Below are positions 32,331 through 41,513 of a DNA stretch of 64,000 nt, in pieces; positions within the stretch are counted from its first letter, which is position 1, and each line of letters begins with the position of its first letter. Position numbers and translations under genes: made by a program. Under the pieces are notes generated by a model. The model worked only from the letters and a program-made list of their open reading frames with translations, was not told where the DNA came from and ran no database searches. The stretch covers positions 509,324 through 573,323 of the forward strand of contig JAJYVH010000001.1 in the NCBI GenBank assembly GCA_021792095.1. Direction: 5' to 3'. The stretch is from Candidatus Micrarchaeota archaeon. Its GTDB lineage: Archaea; Micrarchaeota; Micrarchaeia; Micrarchaeales; CABMGC01.

Positions 32331-34241
32331 ATGGCTGGTCTGCATTCTAGTAGCCCTTCCCCAAGCTCTACCGTCAGGCAGGAATTAGTGTCGTCGCTGA
32401 AAAAGGCGATGGCGTCTGCCTATCCGGAAGCGGGCCTGAGTGATGACGAGCTTATGCTCAGCATAACGGTCCCCCAGGGGCAGGAATGGGACCTGAGCTC
32501 TTCCATCGCCTTCAGGCTGGCGAAGAAGCTGGGGGCAAATCCTGCGGAGATAGCGGGCAAGCTTTCAGGATTGATGCCGGCAGGCAACTATGTGGCGAGC
32601 GTAGAGGCAACGAATGGCTACCTGAACGCGAGGCTGGATGAGCGCAAATACACTTCGCTAGTGCTTGCGCGCATAAGGGACGAGGGCGGCGCCTACGGCA
32701 CGAGCGCCATGGGCGAGGGCAGGAAGGTCATAGTGGAATCGCCAAGCGCCAACCCGGCGCACCCCTGGCACGTGGGCACCCTGAGGAACGCGCTGCTCGG
32801 CAACGTTGTGTCCAACCTGTTCGAGGCATGCTCCTACGAGGCGGAGCGCGAGGACTACATAGACGACCTGGGCCTGCAGGTGGCCACGGCGCTGTGGGGG
32901 TGGATCAACATGGGCGACAAACCAGACAAGAAGTTCGACCAGTGGCTCGGCGAGCTCTACGTGCGGGTCAACAGGGAGATGGGGCAGAGGCCAGAGGTGA
33001 AGAAGCAGGTAGAGGCGCTCAACAAGGAGATGGAGGACGGGGTGTCGCAGCAGGCGCGGGCCGGCAGGGAGATGGCCGAGAGGTGCGTCATGGCCCACCA
33101 GCAGACGGCGTTCGACTACGGCATATACCGCGACGTCATGATATGGGAGAGCGACATAGTGCGGAGCCACCTCCTTAGCAAGGCGCTCGACATCTCCAGC
33201 GGGATACTAGAGAAGCCGAGCGACGGCAAGTATGCCGGGGCCGTGGTGATAAAGCTGGACAGGATAACTCCTTTCGCGGGCGAGCTGGCTGGGAGCAGGG
33301 AGGACGCCAAGGTGATAGTGAGGAGCAACGGGACCGCTACGTACATAGGCAAGGACTTCGCGTTCCACGCGTGGAAGTTCGGGCTGATAGATGCGGGCTT
33401 CAAGTACAGGAAGTTCATGGACCAGCCCAACGGCAAGCCCATATACAGCACCGCGCCAGAAGGCTCTCCTATGCAGTTCGGGAACGTTGAGCGCGCTATA
33501 AACGTGATAGGCGGGGAGCAGGCGTACGAGCAGCAGATAATGCGCGTGATGTTCTCCCTGATAGGCCACGAGGAGATCACCAGGGGCCTGTTCCATCTGG
33601 CCTATGGCAGGGTCAATATCGAGGGCGAGAAGCTGAGCGCCAGGAGCGGCAACTGGCTGGGCGACGGCAGGAACTACACGGCAGACGACCTGCTCGCCGA
33701 AGCCACGAAGCGCGCCATGGAGATAGCGCAGAAGAGCGAGAAGATAACAGACAGGCAGAACCTGGAACACATATCCAGGGCGGTGGCGCTGAGCGCCATA
33801 AAATTCGAATACCTGAAGATAGCCACCGAGAAGGATATAACGTTCTCGTGGCAGAACGCTCTCAACTTCGAGGGCAACAGCGGCCCCTACGTGCTCTACA
33901 CCTATGCGCGGGCGATGCGCATACTGGGCAAGTCGGCGAGCGCCGCCGCCATGTCGGACTCTGACGTGAGCCAGATCACGCGCGGCCAGGACTTCCAGCT
34001 GGTCAAGCTGATGGGCATGGCCCAGGACACGGTCGAGAAGGCGTGCACTGAGCTGCGGCCCAGCGTGGTCACAGACTACCTGCTCGGCCTATCGTCGCTC
34101 TTCAGCAAGTTCTACGAGACCATGCCGGTTGTGAAGGGCGGGGACGCGAAGAACGTCAGGCTGGAGGTGGTGCGCTCGTTCACTGCTGTAGCGTCCAATA
34201 TGCTGTCGCTGCTGGGCATAGCGACAGTGAGCGAGATGTAA
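32331..34241 (+). CDS. argS: Arginyl-tRNA synthetase
   Basis: 636 aa with SANPAHPWHVGTLRN (HIGH-type) and the DALR anticodon-binding C-terminus ending in M. Confidence 0.9.
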   Translation: MAGLHSSSPSPSSTVRQELVSSLKKAMASAYPEAGLSDDELMLSITVPQGQEWDLSSSIAFRLAKKLGANPAEIAGKLSGLMPAGNYVASVEATNGYLNARLDERKYTSLVLARIRDEGGAYGTSAMGEGRKVIVESPSANPAHPWHVGTLRNALLGNVVSNLFEACSYEAEREDYIDDLGLQVATALWGWINMGDKPDKKFDQWLGELYVRVNREMGQRPEVKKQVEALNKEMEDGVSQQARAGREMAERCVMAHQQTAFDYGIYRDVMIWESDIVRSHLLSKALDISSGILEKPSDGKYAGAVVIKLDRITPFAGELAGSREDAKVIVRSNGTATYIGKDFAFHAWKFGLIDAGFKYRKFMDQPNGKPIYSTAPEGSPMQFGNVERAINVIGGEQAYEQQIMRVMFSLIGHEEITRGLFHLAYGRVNIEGEKLSARSGNWLGDGRNYTADDLLAEATKRAMEIAQKSEKITDRQNLEHISRAVALSAIKFEYLKIATEKDITFSWQNALNFEGNSGPYVLYTYARAMRILGKSASAAAMSDSDVSQITRGQDFQLVKLMGMAQDTVEKACTELRPSVVTDYLLGLSSLFSKFYETMPVVKGGDAKNVRLEVVRSFTAVASNMLSLLGIATVSEM

Positions 34242-34268
34242 ATAAGCTTTCGTGCTGAATTGTATCGA

Positions 34269-34343
34269 GGGCCCGTAGCTCAGCTTGGACAGAGCAGCAC
34301 CGTCCTAAGGTGATGGTCGCGGGTTCAAATCCCGCCGGGCCCG
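34269..34343 (+). tRNA. tRNA-Arg (anticodon CCU)
   Basis: GGGCCCG-TA-GCTC..GAGC-A-GCACC-GTCCTAA-GGTGA-TGGTC-GCGGG-TTCAAAT-CCCGC-CGGGCCC-G, 75 nt. Confidence 0.85.
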
Positions 34344-34406
34344 TCCGAAGCGCCTGTAAACAAATAAATAGCTTCTCGAGCAACATTATGCCTGGGCTGG
34401 ATTTCG

Positions 34407-35435
34407 ATGAAGAAGGAGAAAAGGATCAAGGAACCGCAGATAATAGTGAAACCATTGGGGAGATTCGGCGGGCTGGACAACCTGCACATCACGCTTGCTG
34501 TGGTTGTGGTGCTGCTCGTCGCGCTGCTGCTGGTCGTTTCCTATTCAAGGCCTATACTGGTCCTGCCGGCCAACAACACCACCTCGACAATGGCCCCTGT
34601 GCACAACGCCGCGCAGGTGAGGGCCGTGGTGGAGCAGGAGCTCGCGAGCTACACTGGCGTGAACGGATCTCTGTCCCTGCTTCCGTACATAAGCAACGTG
34701 AGCGGCATGAAGCTGGGCTACTCGAGCTCGAGCCACGACTGGTACGCCACAGTCTCGGCGACAAACCCGGTAGGCAACGTTGCGTTCAACGTGTCTTTCG
34801 TAATAAGCGATTCGAACCTGTCCATAACCCCGTTCCTGCAGGCGGCAAAGCCGTCGCAGCTCTCCATGAACAGGGTCGTGTCGACGGGCGTGGTGCAGCT
34901 CAACGGCAAGTACGAGTGCACGAGCAACGCGACACGCGTGTACTGGTTCATGGACCCCTATGCGGCGGGCTCTGTGAGGAGCCTGCTCAACGCCACTGCG
35001 CTCGAGGCTAGGTACGGCAGCTCGCTCAACCTTACGTTCAAGATGATAAACGGCCCTAGCACGCAGGATGTTGCCGCCTCTGTCGGCCTGCAGGACGCGC
35101 TCTACCTCTCCAAGTACATACTGTGCGCGTCGCAGCAGCCGCAGTTCGGTGCCTTCGCCGCCGACCTTAACAGCGAGTACGCCAATCAGTACATGCCGCA
35201 GAGCTCGCTCCAGAGCCTTGCAAGCGTTGCGGGGCTGGACAACGCTACGCTCTCGAGCTGCATCGCGAACTCCACGTCGGTTCTCAACAACCAGGCGCTG
35301 CTCGCCACCTACTACAACATAACACAGACTCCGAGCGTAGTCGTGGCGTGCGCGTACATGGCGCTGCCCCAGACGGCGGGCTCTGCTATTTCTTATGCTG
35401 GTTCGGTAGGCTACGCAGGAAATTCCACGCGCTGA
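34407..35435 (+). CDS. Membrane-anchored exported DsbA-like thioredoxin-fold protein lacking the CxxC motif
   Basis: N-terminal TM anchor. VYWFMDPYAAGSVRS occupies the position where DsbA has CPxC, and the C-terminal ...NITQTPSVVV matches the DsbA cis-Pro loop region. Confidence 0.45.
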   Translation: MKKEKRIKEPQIIVKPLGRFGGLDNLHITLAVVVVLLVALLLVVSYSRPILVLPANNTTSTMAPVHNAAQVRAVVEQELASYTGVNGSLSLLPYISNVSGMKLGYSSSSHDWYATVSATNPVGNVAFNVSFVISDSNLSITPFLQAAKPSQLSMNRVVSTGVVQLNGKYECTSNATRVYWFMDPYAAGSVRSLLNATALEARYGSSLNLTFKMINGPSTQDVAASVGLQDALYLSKYILCASQQPQFGAFAADLNSEYANQYMPQSSLQSLASVAGLDNATLSSCIANSTSVLNNQALLATYYNITQTPSVVVACAYMALPQTAGSAISYAGSVGYAGNSTR

Positions 35436-35439
35436 TTCG

Positions 35440-35931
35440 TTGAGGTACGTAATAGCGGGCATAGACACGGGCAAGACGGCTGCGATAGCGTGCGTCGACC
35501 TCGACGGCATTCTTGTGAGCGTGGACTCCGGCAGGTTCGCCGGCATGCAGTGGTTCGTGGGTTCGCTCAGGAGCGTGGGCTCGCCCGTGGTGGTGGCGAG
35601 CGACAAGAGGAAACCGGACAAGGCTGTCGAGAAGCTCGCTAGCATATTCGACGCCGTCCTGTTCACGCCGGAGAGCGACATAAGCATGGCCAGGAAGAGG
35701 GAGCTCGCAGCAGGCAGCGTGTCGAACCCGCACGAGCGCGACGCGCTCTCGGCGGCGCTCACGGCCTATAACGCATACGCGGCCAAGCTCAGGCACGCCG
35801 CCAAGGTAGCCTGGGAGAGCGACGCTCCGGCTGACAGAATAAAGGCTATGGTGATAAGGAAGTACTCGGTGCACGAAGCTATAAGCGGAAGGAGCGCGGG
35901 GAGGCGCCTCGTCAGGAGATCCGGCGGCTGA
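35440..35931 (+). CDS. DUF460-like RNase H-fold protein (N-terminal domain only)
   Basis: YVIAGIDTGKTAAIACVDLDG...SPVVVASD...NPHERDALSAALTAYNAY matches the DUF460 N-terminal module. 163 aa, TTG start. Confidence 0.6.
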   Translation: MRYVIAGIDTGKTAAIACVDLDGILVSVDSGRFAGMQWFVGSLRSVGSPVVVASDKRKPDKAVEKLASIFDAVLFTPESDISMARKRELAAGSVSNPHERDALSAALTAYNAYAAKLRHAAKVAWESDAPADRIKAMVIRKYSVHEAISGRSAGRRLVRRSGG

Positions 35932-36013
35932 CTTTCAGAATATTTATATAATGCGGCACACAAATAGTAGCAAGCGAACGCGCAGCAGGCATTGACGCTT
36001 AAGTGGTGTAAGA

Positions 36014-36328
36014 ATGGCCGAAGAACAAGCAAGAAGCGAGGAGGTAAAGGCAAGCACGATCCCGGAGAACGTGGTCTACATAGGCAAGAAGCCTGCGATG
36101 AACTACGTGCTCGCAGTGGTGACCCAGTTCAACTCCGGCGCGAAGAGCGTGAAGATAAGGGCTAGGGGCAACACTATCTCGAGGGCCGTGGACGTGGCCG
36201 AGATATCCAGGAACAGGTTCATCCACGACGCCAAGGTAGGCACTATAGCCATAAACTCGGAGGAGCTGCAGAACGAGGACGGAACCAAGTCCAAGGTAAG
36301 CACCATAGAGATCACGCTGAACAGGTGA
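36014..36328 (+). CDS. albA: Chromatin protein Alba
   Basis: [21 protein letters not shown]...[28 protein letters not shown] box lies at 35943-35950. Confidence 0.9.
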   Translation: MAEEQARSEEVKASTIPENVVYIGKKPAMNYVLAVVTQFNSGAKSVKIRARGNTISRAVDVAEISRNRFIHDAKVGTIAINSEELQNEDGTKSKVSTIEITLNR

Positions 36329-36362
36329 CAGTCGCTTCCGCGCTGTCTTCGGGCAGGCGGGT

Positions 36363-37046
36363 GTGTTTCAAGTGGCGGCTTTCGTCCTTTTGGATGGCAG
36401 GCAGGCGAGGAGGGCAGCAGAGCTTCTCGAGAGGGCGTACGGGAACGCAAGCTACTACCTGAAGTTCGGCACTCCGCTGGAGCTGATGGTCGCTGCCATA
36501 CTCTCCGCGCAGACGCGCGACGAGGTGGTGAACGCGATCACGCCGGAGCTGTTCAGGCGCTACAGGACCGCCAGGGACTACGCCGGCGCCGGGCCCGAAG
36601 GGCTGATGAAATATATCGGCAGGGTCAGCTTCGCCGGCGCAAAGGCCAAGAACATAATTGGCGCGTGCAGGATTCTGGTGGAGAAGTACGACGGCGCGGT
36701 GCCCAGGAGGATGGAGGAGCTGCTGGAGCTGCCTGGCATAGGGAGGAAGACGGCGAACACCATACTGATAAACGCTTACGGCATAGTGGAGGGCATACCT
36801 GTGGACACGTGGGTGATAAAGCTCTCGGGCAGGATAGGCTTCAGCAGGGGCGGCAAGCCGGACGAGATAGAGAGGGACCTGATGCGCATAGTGGACAGGG
36901 AGCACTGGCGCAACTTCGGCTACGTGCTCAAATCGCACGGAAAGAGCGTGTGCCAGTCGCAGGTGCCGCTCTGCAGCAGGTGCCTCATAGGCCCTGGCAG
37001 CGATGCGCCAATCTGCCCCAGGAACGGCGTGACGAAGAGCGGGTAA
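36363..37046 (+). CDS. nth: Endonuclease III (HhH-GPD DNA glycosylase with a 4Fe-4S cluster)
   Basis: HhH is LPGIGRKTANTIL, with a catalytic Asp region and a C-terminal Cys cluster CQSQVPLCSRC...C. Confidence 0.85.
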   Translation: MFQVAAFVLLDGRQARRAAELLERAYGNASYYLKFGTPLELMVAAILSAQTRDEVVNAITPELFRRYRTARDYAGAGPEGLMKYIGRVSFAGAKAKNIIGACRILVEKYDGAVPRRMEELLELPGIGRKTANTILINAYGIVEGIPVDTWVIKLSGRIGFSRGGKPDEIERDLMRIVDREHWRNFGYVLKSHGKSVCQSQVPLCSRCLIGPGSDAPICPRNGVTKSG

Positions 37047-37050
37047 TGCT

Positions 37051-38364
37051 TTGGAATACATAAGCGAACTGCACACGCACTCCAAATACGCGGCAGCGTG
37101 CAGCGAGCAGCTCACCCTGGAGAACATGGCCGCTTCCAGCGAGCGGAAGGGGATAGGGCTGATGGGAACCGCTGACTTTTCCCATCCGCTCTGGTTCAAG
37201 GAGATAAAAGACAAGCTGGAGGAAGACACGAAGGGCGTGTTCAGGCTCAAGGGGTCGAGCTCCAGGACAAGGTTCGTGCTCGCATCCGAGGTGTCCGTGC
37301 ACTTCTCGGACAGGGAGGCACCGGGTGGCAGCGCCAGCATTTTCGACAGGACTGGGGCCGTGAAGAGATGGCACAACTGCCTGCTGGCGCCCAGCATAGA
37401 GGTGGTGGAGCAGATAAACGCAGAGCTTGGCAGGTTCGGGAACCTCGCGTCTGACGGCAGGCCCCAGCTTGCGATGCGCGCCAGCGAGCTCGTGGAGTTG
37501 ATGCACGGCATAAGCGATGACATAATGGTGTATCCCGCGCACGCGTGGACTCCGTGGTTCGGCGTGTTCGGCTCCCTTTCCGGCTTCGATTCCATGGAGG
37601 ACGCCTACGAGGACCAGGCCAAGCGCATCTACGCAATAGAGACGGGCCTGTCCGCAGACCCTCCCATGTTCTGGCGCATATCCAAGCTCGACAGGTACGC
37701 TGTGATCTCGGGCGGCGATGCGCACTCCCTTCCGAAGCAGGGGAGGGAGGCCACTGTGCTTGAATTCGACAGGCAGCCTTCCTACAGCGACATGATAGGC
37801 CAGATAAAGGGCAAGAAGTTCAAGTACACGATAGAATTCTACCCCGAGGAGGGCAAGTACCACTACGACGGCCACAGGAAGTGCAACGTCTCGCTTAGCC
37901 CCGAGGAGTCTGCGAAGTACAACAACGTCTGCCCGGTCTGCGGCAAGCCGCTCACCCTGGGCGTGATGAACAGGGTAAACGAGCTGGCCGACAGGGAGCC
38001 CGGCAATGTGCCAAGTGGCGCCATCCCGTTCGTGCACGCGGTGCCGCTGCAGGAGGTGCTTGCCTTCGTGAGCAAGAAAACAGTGTACTCCTCTTATGTC
38101 AGGGACATGCAGGCTAAGCTGGTGGAGAGGTTCGGCAGCGAGTTCAACGTCCTGCTCAAAGCGGATGCGGAAAGCATAGCGGGCGTTGACAAGGAGCTGG
38201 CGAAAGCGATAGAGAATATACGCGCCGAGCGCGTCCGCATAAAGCCAGGCTACGACGGCGTTTTCGGAATAGTCGATGTGCTCAACGGGCCTGCCGGCGG
38301 GGGCGGGCAGGCCGAGCAGGGCCACGGCCAGAAAACAGTAACCGAATTCTTGCAAAAACCTTAA
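37051..38364 (+). CDS. endoQ: Endonuclease Q-like PHP-domain nuclease with a zinc ribbon
   Basis: PHP start ELHTHSKYAAACS, the motif HAWTPWFG and the zinc ribbon CPVCGKPLTLGVMNRV (COG1379 layout). TTG start. Confidence 0.7.
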   Translation: MEYISELHTHSKYAAACSEQLTLENMAASSERKGIGLMGTADFSHPLWFKEIKDKLEEDTKGVFRLKGSSSRTRFVLASEVSVHFSDREAPGGSASIFDRTGAVKRWHNCLLAPSIEVVEQINAELGRFGNLASDGRPQLAMRASELVELMHGISDDIMVYPAHAWTPWFGVFGSLSGFDSMEDAYEDQAKRIYAIETGLSADPPMFWRISKLDRYAVISGGDAHSLPKQGREATVLEFDRQPSYSDMIGQIKGKKFKYTIEFYPEEGKYHYDGHRKCNVSLSPEESAKYNNVCPVCGKPLTLGVMNRVNELADREPGNVPSGAIPFVHAVPLQEVLAFVSKKTVYSSYVRDMQAKLVERFGSEFNVLLKADAESIAGVDKELAKAIENIRAERVRIKPGYDGVFGIVDVLNGPAGGGGQAEQGHGQKTVTEFLQKP

Positions 38365-40167
38365 ATGCATTCTTGTGGCAAACCATTCATGGCAACACCA
38401 AGACCAGCTTTACTGCTGCTTTTGATTCCCTTCGTAGTGGTCAGCGCGGGCGCATACACGACGAGCATGCACGCGCCAGCGGTGCTCACCAACGCGACCA
38501 ACGATACAGGCGGGGTCCTGACGACCATAATGCTCAACCTCACTCCCGGGACCGGCGCAGTCAATGTGGGGGGCCCGTCCAGCGTCGCGTCGAGCACGCT
38601 CGATTCGGCAGCCACGGCTGCCGCTGCCGCGTCAACGTACATGCACGTGAACGAGACCGAGTACAACTTCAACTACACCATAATGGACAGGAACATAAGC
38701 GTCTCCGGGCCTAGCGCCGGCCTGGTGTTCACCCTGCTCGCCGTATCCGCGATACAGCACAAGCAGGTCGCGCATAACTTCACTGCCACAGGCACCATAT
38801 CCAGCTCAGGCAGCGTGGGCCTGATCGGGGGTGTGCTGAACAAGGTGTCAGCGGCGCGGGACGCGGGCATGGGCTTCGTGCTCGTCCCGTACGGCGGCGG
38901 CCCGGGCTTCGAGAACCTGCTCTATTACATGGCGCAGCAGGAATACGGCATACCGCTGGTGCAGGTCTCGAACGTGTCGCAGGCGCTGGCTTACATAAAC
39001 GGCGTTATGCCGCTCCAGCCGACACAGCCAGACATGGCGCTTTCGTACCCGCTCGCATCCATAGGCGACTCTAACATAACGTGCAGCGACTGCAACGCAA
39101 GCCTGTTCGGCGAGCTGGCCGGCTTCACGCTCAACTTCACGAACAGCACTATCTCAAGCATAGGGAGCGACTTCGCAAGCGCGAAGAGCGAACTGGCTTC
39201 GAACAGCAGGCTGTTCAGCAAGATAGAAGGCATGGGCTACCTGTACACAGCAGCCGACTTCTCGTTCCTGGATTTCATACAGGCGTTCACTATCGCGAAC
39301 GAAGCCAACTACAGCATAGCGGGCGCTTCGGGCCTGATAAACAGCACGTCCAACTACTGCGCGTCGGTGGTGCCGCCCCAGCTCACGAGCTCCAACTACG
39401 AGTACGTGCTGGGCGGCGAGCTCAGGCAGTACTGGGCCAACGTGACGCTCAACGAATCGCAGCAGACGCTCGACTCGGCGCAGGACGCGGACGGGCTGGT
39501 GAACAGCGTATATGACACTGCCAGCTCCGTGGCCTGGTGCAAGGCGGCCGCCGAGCTGTACGCCATAGCGCCGGCCAACGGCACCTACGTGCAGGAATCG
39601 GCGAGCCTCAGGACTGCCGCTTCTGACGCAATAAGCAAGGCGAGGATCTACGGCAACAGCCTCTACCTGCAGGCCGCGCTCGAAGCGTACAACAACGGCG
39701 ATTACGCTGTGGCGCTCTACTCCGCCACGTACGCAAGCGTGTTCGCCCCCGGCGCCCCCAACATGACCGAGTCGCAGCTGTACTCTGGCATATCGGCCAA
39801 CATAGCCAACGCCACCCAGGGCGTATGGCCTTCGCAGTTCGCATCGCAGGCCGAGTTCTACATGCGCGACTCGCTCGCTTCCAGCGGCGCCAACAGCAGC
39901 GCGTACGCCTCGCAGGCGTACACTACGTCCCTGCTCGCCGTCCAGCTCCAGAAGGACAATGCCATCATAAACGCGTCGTTTGTGCCCCTGGCGCAGACAG
40001 GCGCGTCGAACGCGCAGGTTCTCGCGCTCGAGCAGAGCGTTATGCAGCTGAGCGACATACTGGTGATAAACACGACGCTGCTTCTCATTGTGCTCGTGGT
40101 GCTGCTCTACATGCTGCTGAACCGCGGTCACGCGCAGCCGCCCAGGCGCAGGCGCAGCGCAAGGTAA
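38365..40167 (+). CDS. Exported, membrane-anchored Lon-like S16 serine peptidase-domain protein
   Basis: Signal/TM at the N-terminus. GPSAGLVFTLLA (Ser) and IGGVLNKVSAARDAG (Lys) form the Lon proteolytic dyad. A long sequon-rich helical region follows, then a C-terminal TM plus RRRRSAR. Confidence 0.65.
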   Translation: MHSCGKPFMATPRPALLLLLIPFVVVSAGAYTTSMHAPAVLTNATNDTGGVLTTIMLNLTPGTGAVNVGGPSSVASSTLDSAATAAAAASTYMHVNETEYNFNYTIMDRNISVSGPSAGLVFTLLAVSAIQHKQVAHNFTATGTISSSGSVGLIGGVLNKVSAARDAGMGFVLVPYGGGPGFENLLYYMAQQEYGIPLVQVSNVSQALAYINGVMPLQPTQPDMALSYPLASIGDSNITCSDCNASLFGELAGFTLNFTNSTISSIGSDFASAKSELASNSRLFSKIEGMGYLYTAADFSFLDFIQAFTIANEANYSIAGASGLINSTSNYCASVVPPQLTSSNYEYVLGGELRQYWANVTLNESQQTLDSAQDADGLVNSVYDTASSVAWCKAAAELYAIAPANGTYVQESASLRTAASDAISKARIYGNSLYLQAALEAYNNGDYAVALYSATYASVFAPGAPNMTESQLYSGISANIANATQGVWPSQFASQAEFYMRDSLASSGANSSAYASQAYTTSLLAVQLQKDNAIINASFVPLAQTGASNAQVLALEQSVMQLSDILVINTTLLLIVLVVLLYMLLNRGHAQPPRRRRSAR

Positions 40168-40171
40168 TGCG

Positions 40172-40627
40172 TTGCTGGATGCATTCTGCGATGAAGGCGT
40201 GTACAAGCCTGTCTACTACGAGAGCGAGAGCTTCATCGTGTTCCTGGACATAAGGCCGCTGCTGCCCGGGCACAGCCTCGTCGCGCCGAAAAGGCACACG
40301 CTCTACATTACGGAGCTGAACGACAAGGAGCTGATCGAGCTGCGGGACCTGCTGGGCTACGTGCTGCCGAAGCTGCTGCGCGCATACGGCGCCGATTCCT
40401 ACAACCTCTCGATAAACGGGGGCGAGCACGCGGGCATGGTCGTCAGGCACCTCCACATCCACATTGTCCCCCGGAGCGCGTCAGACCCGATGCAGGGCAG
40501 GATAGTCACTTTCTACAGCCTCCTGCAGGGCGAGAGGCGCAAGTACGCGAAGGACGTGGGCAAGGAGCTGGATAGGCTCAGGAGAATATTCAGATATAAA
40601 GGGAAAGGAACGCAGAGGCGAGTATAG
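40172..40627 (+). CDS. HIT-family nucleotide hydrolase/transferase
   Basis: Histidine triad RHLHIHIVPR. Confidence 0.85.
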   Translation: MLDAFCDEGVYKPVYYESESFIVFLDIRPLLPGHSLVAPKRHTLYITELNDKELIELRDLLGYVLPKLLRAYGADSYNLSINGGEHAGMVVRHLHIHIVPRSASDPMQGRIVTFYSLLQGERRKYAKDVGKELDRLRRIFRYKGKGTQRRV

Positions 40628-41492
40628 CCAGCAGCGCGAGCCCCATAGCCGCCAGCGAAACGTTCCTTGACCTCTCGAAGAACGCGTAGTGCTTCCGCAT
40701 GTGCCTGACGCGCAGCACGTACGCCGCAGCCACGTACGCGAGCAGAGCGTCGCTGACAAGTATCGGCGCGGTGAAGACCAGGTTGCCCGCGAACGGTGCC
40801 ACGAAGACGAACAGGAATGCGCTTACCGCTATGGCCGTTAGGTACAGGAGCATGGCGCCGTATGCGGCCGGGCCCAACCCGACCGCTCTCGGCAGGCTTA
40901 CGGCGTTCCGCATCCTTACATCCCCCTCATAATCCCTTATCGTGCCGTGGATCTCCCTTGCGAGGCCGCTGGCGAATATCATCACGCATATCAAAGCTAC
41001 CGCTGTGCTTATGCTCCGGCCTACCACGTAAGCCCCGAACACGAACGGTATGACCATTGTGAGTGCTATGTACGCGTTCCCGAGCAGCAGCACCTCCTTG
41101 AGCCTGTAGCTGTACAGCACCGCAAGCGCGGCGAAGACGAGCGTTATGCCGAGCGCGTACGCGTTTATTGCGGCGCTGGCCGCTATCCCCCCGGCGAACG
41201 CGGCTGCCGATATGTAGAGCGCCTGCGGAGGCTTGAGCTCGCCTGTTACGAGCGGCCTCCTCTTCTTGTTTAGCCTGTCCACCTTTATGTCGAAGTAGTC
41301 GTTTATGGCGAAGGAAGCCATGCTCACGAGCACCGGGGCCACGAGGCTCAGTATCAGCACTGTCATGCCCGGTAGCCCATTGCTCAACTGCTCCGCCGCG
41401 AGCACAGCTACAGCCAGCATGGCGCTGTGCTCGATTCTCGTGAGCCTCATTACGGAACGCAGCATGCCCATGCACAGGTTCCTCAAGAGCAT
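40590..41492 (-). CDS. UbiA-family prenyltransferase (DGGGP-synthase-like)
   Basis: NDYFDIKVDRLNKKRRPL and a second Asp-rich region, with 8-9 TM helices. The start may lie a few codons inside. Confidence 0.8.
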   Translation of the reverse strand: MLLRNLCMGMLRSVMRLTRIEHSAMLAVAVLAAEQLSNGLPGMTVLILSLVAPVLVSMASFAINDYFDIKVDRLNKKRRPLVTGELKPPQALYISAAAFAGGIAASAAINAYALGITLVFAALAVLYSYRLKEVLLLGNAYIALTMVIPFVFGAYVVGRSISTAVALICVMIFASGLAREIHGTIRDYEGDVRMRNAVSLPRAVGLGPAAYGAMLLYLTAIAVSAFLFVFVAPFAGNLVFTAPILVSDALLAYVAAAYVLRVRHMRKHYAFFERSRNVSLAAMGLALLAILASAFLSLYI

Positions 41493-41513
41493 AATATATA
41501 ACTAGCATGAGTA

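Noticed and set aside
34545-35762. 405-aa minus-strand ORF opposite the DsbA-like and DUF460-like genes
   Set aside because: An Arg/Ala/Val-rich shadow ORF. The plus-strand products have a signal anchor and the DUF460 motifs.
36312-38370. 427-aa and 461-aa minus-strand ORFs opposite nth and endoQ
   Set aside because: Antisense shadows in GC-rich coding DNA. The plus-strand genes carry diagnostic motifs.
39154-40206. 350-aa minus-strand ORF opposite the S16 protease gene
   Set aside because: A shadow ORF. The plus strand encodes the GPSAG/K dyad and a coherent topology.
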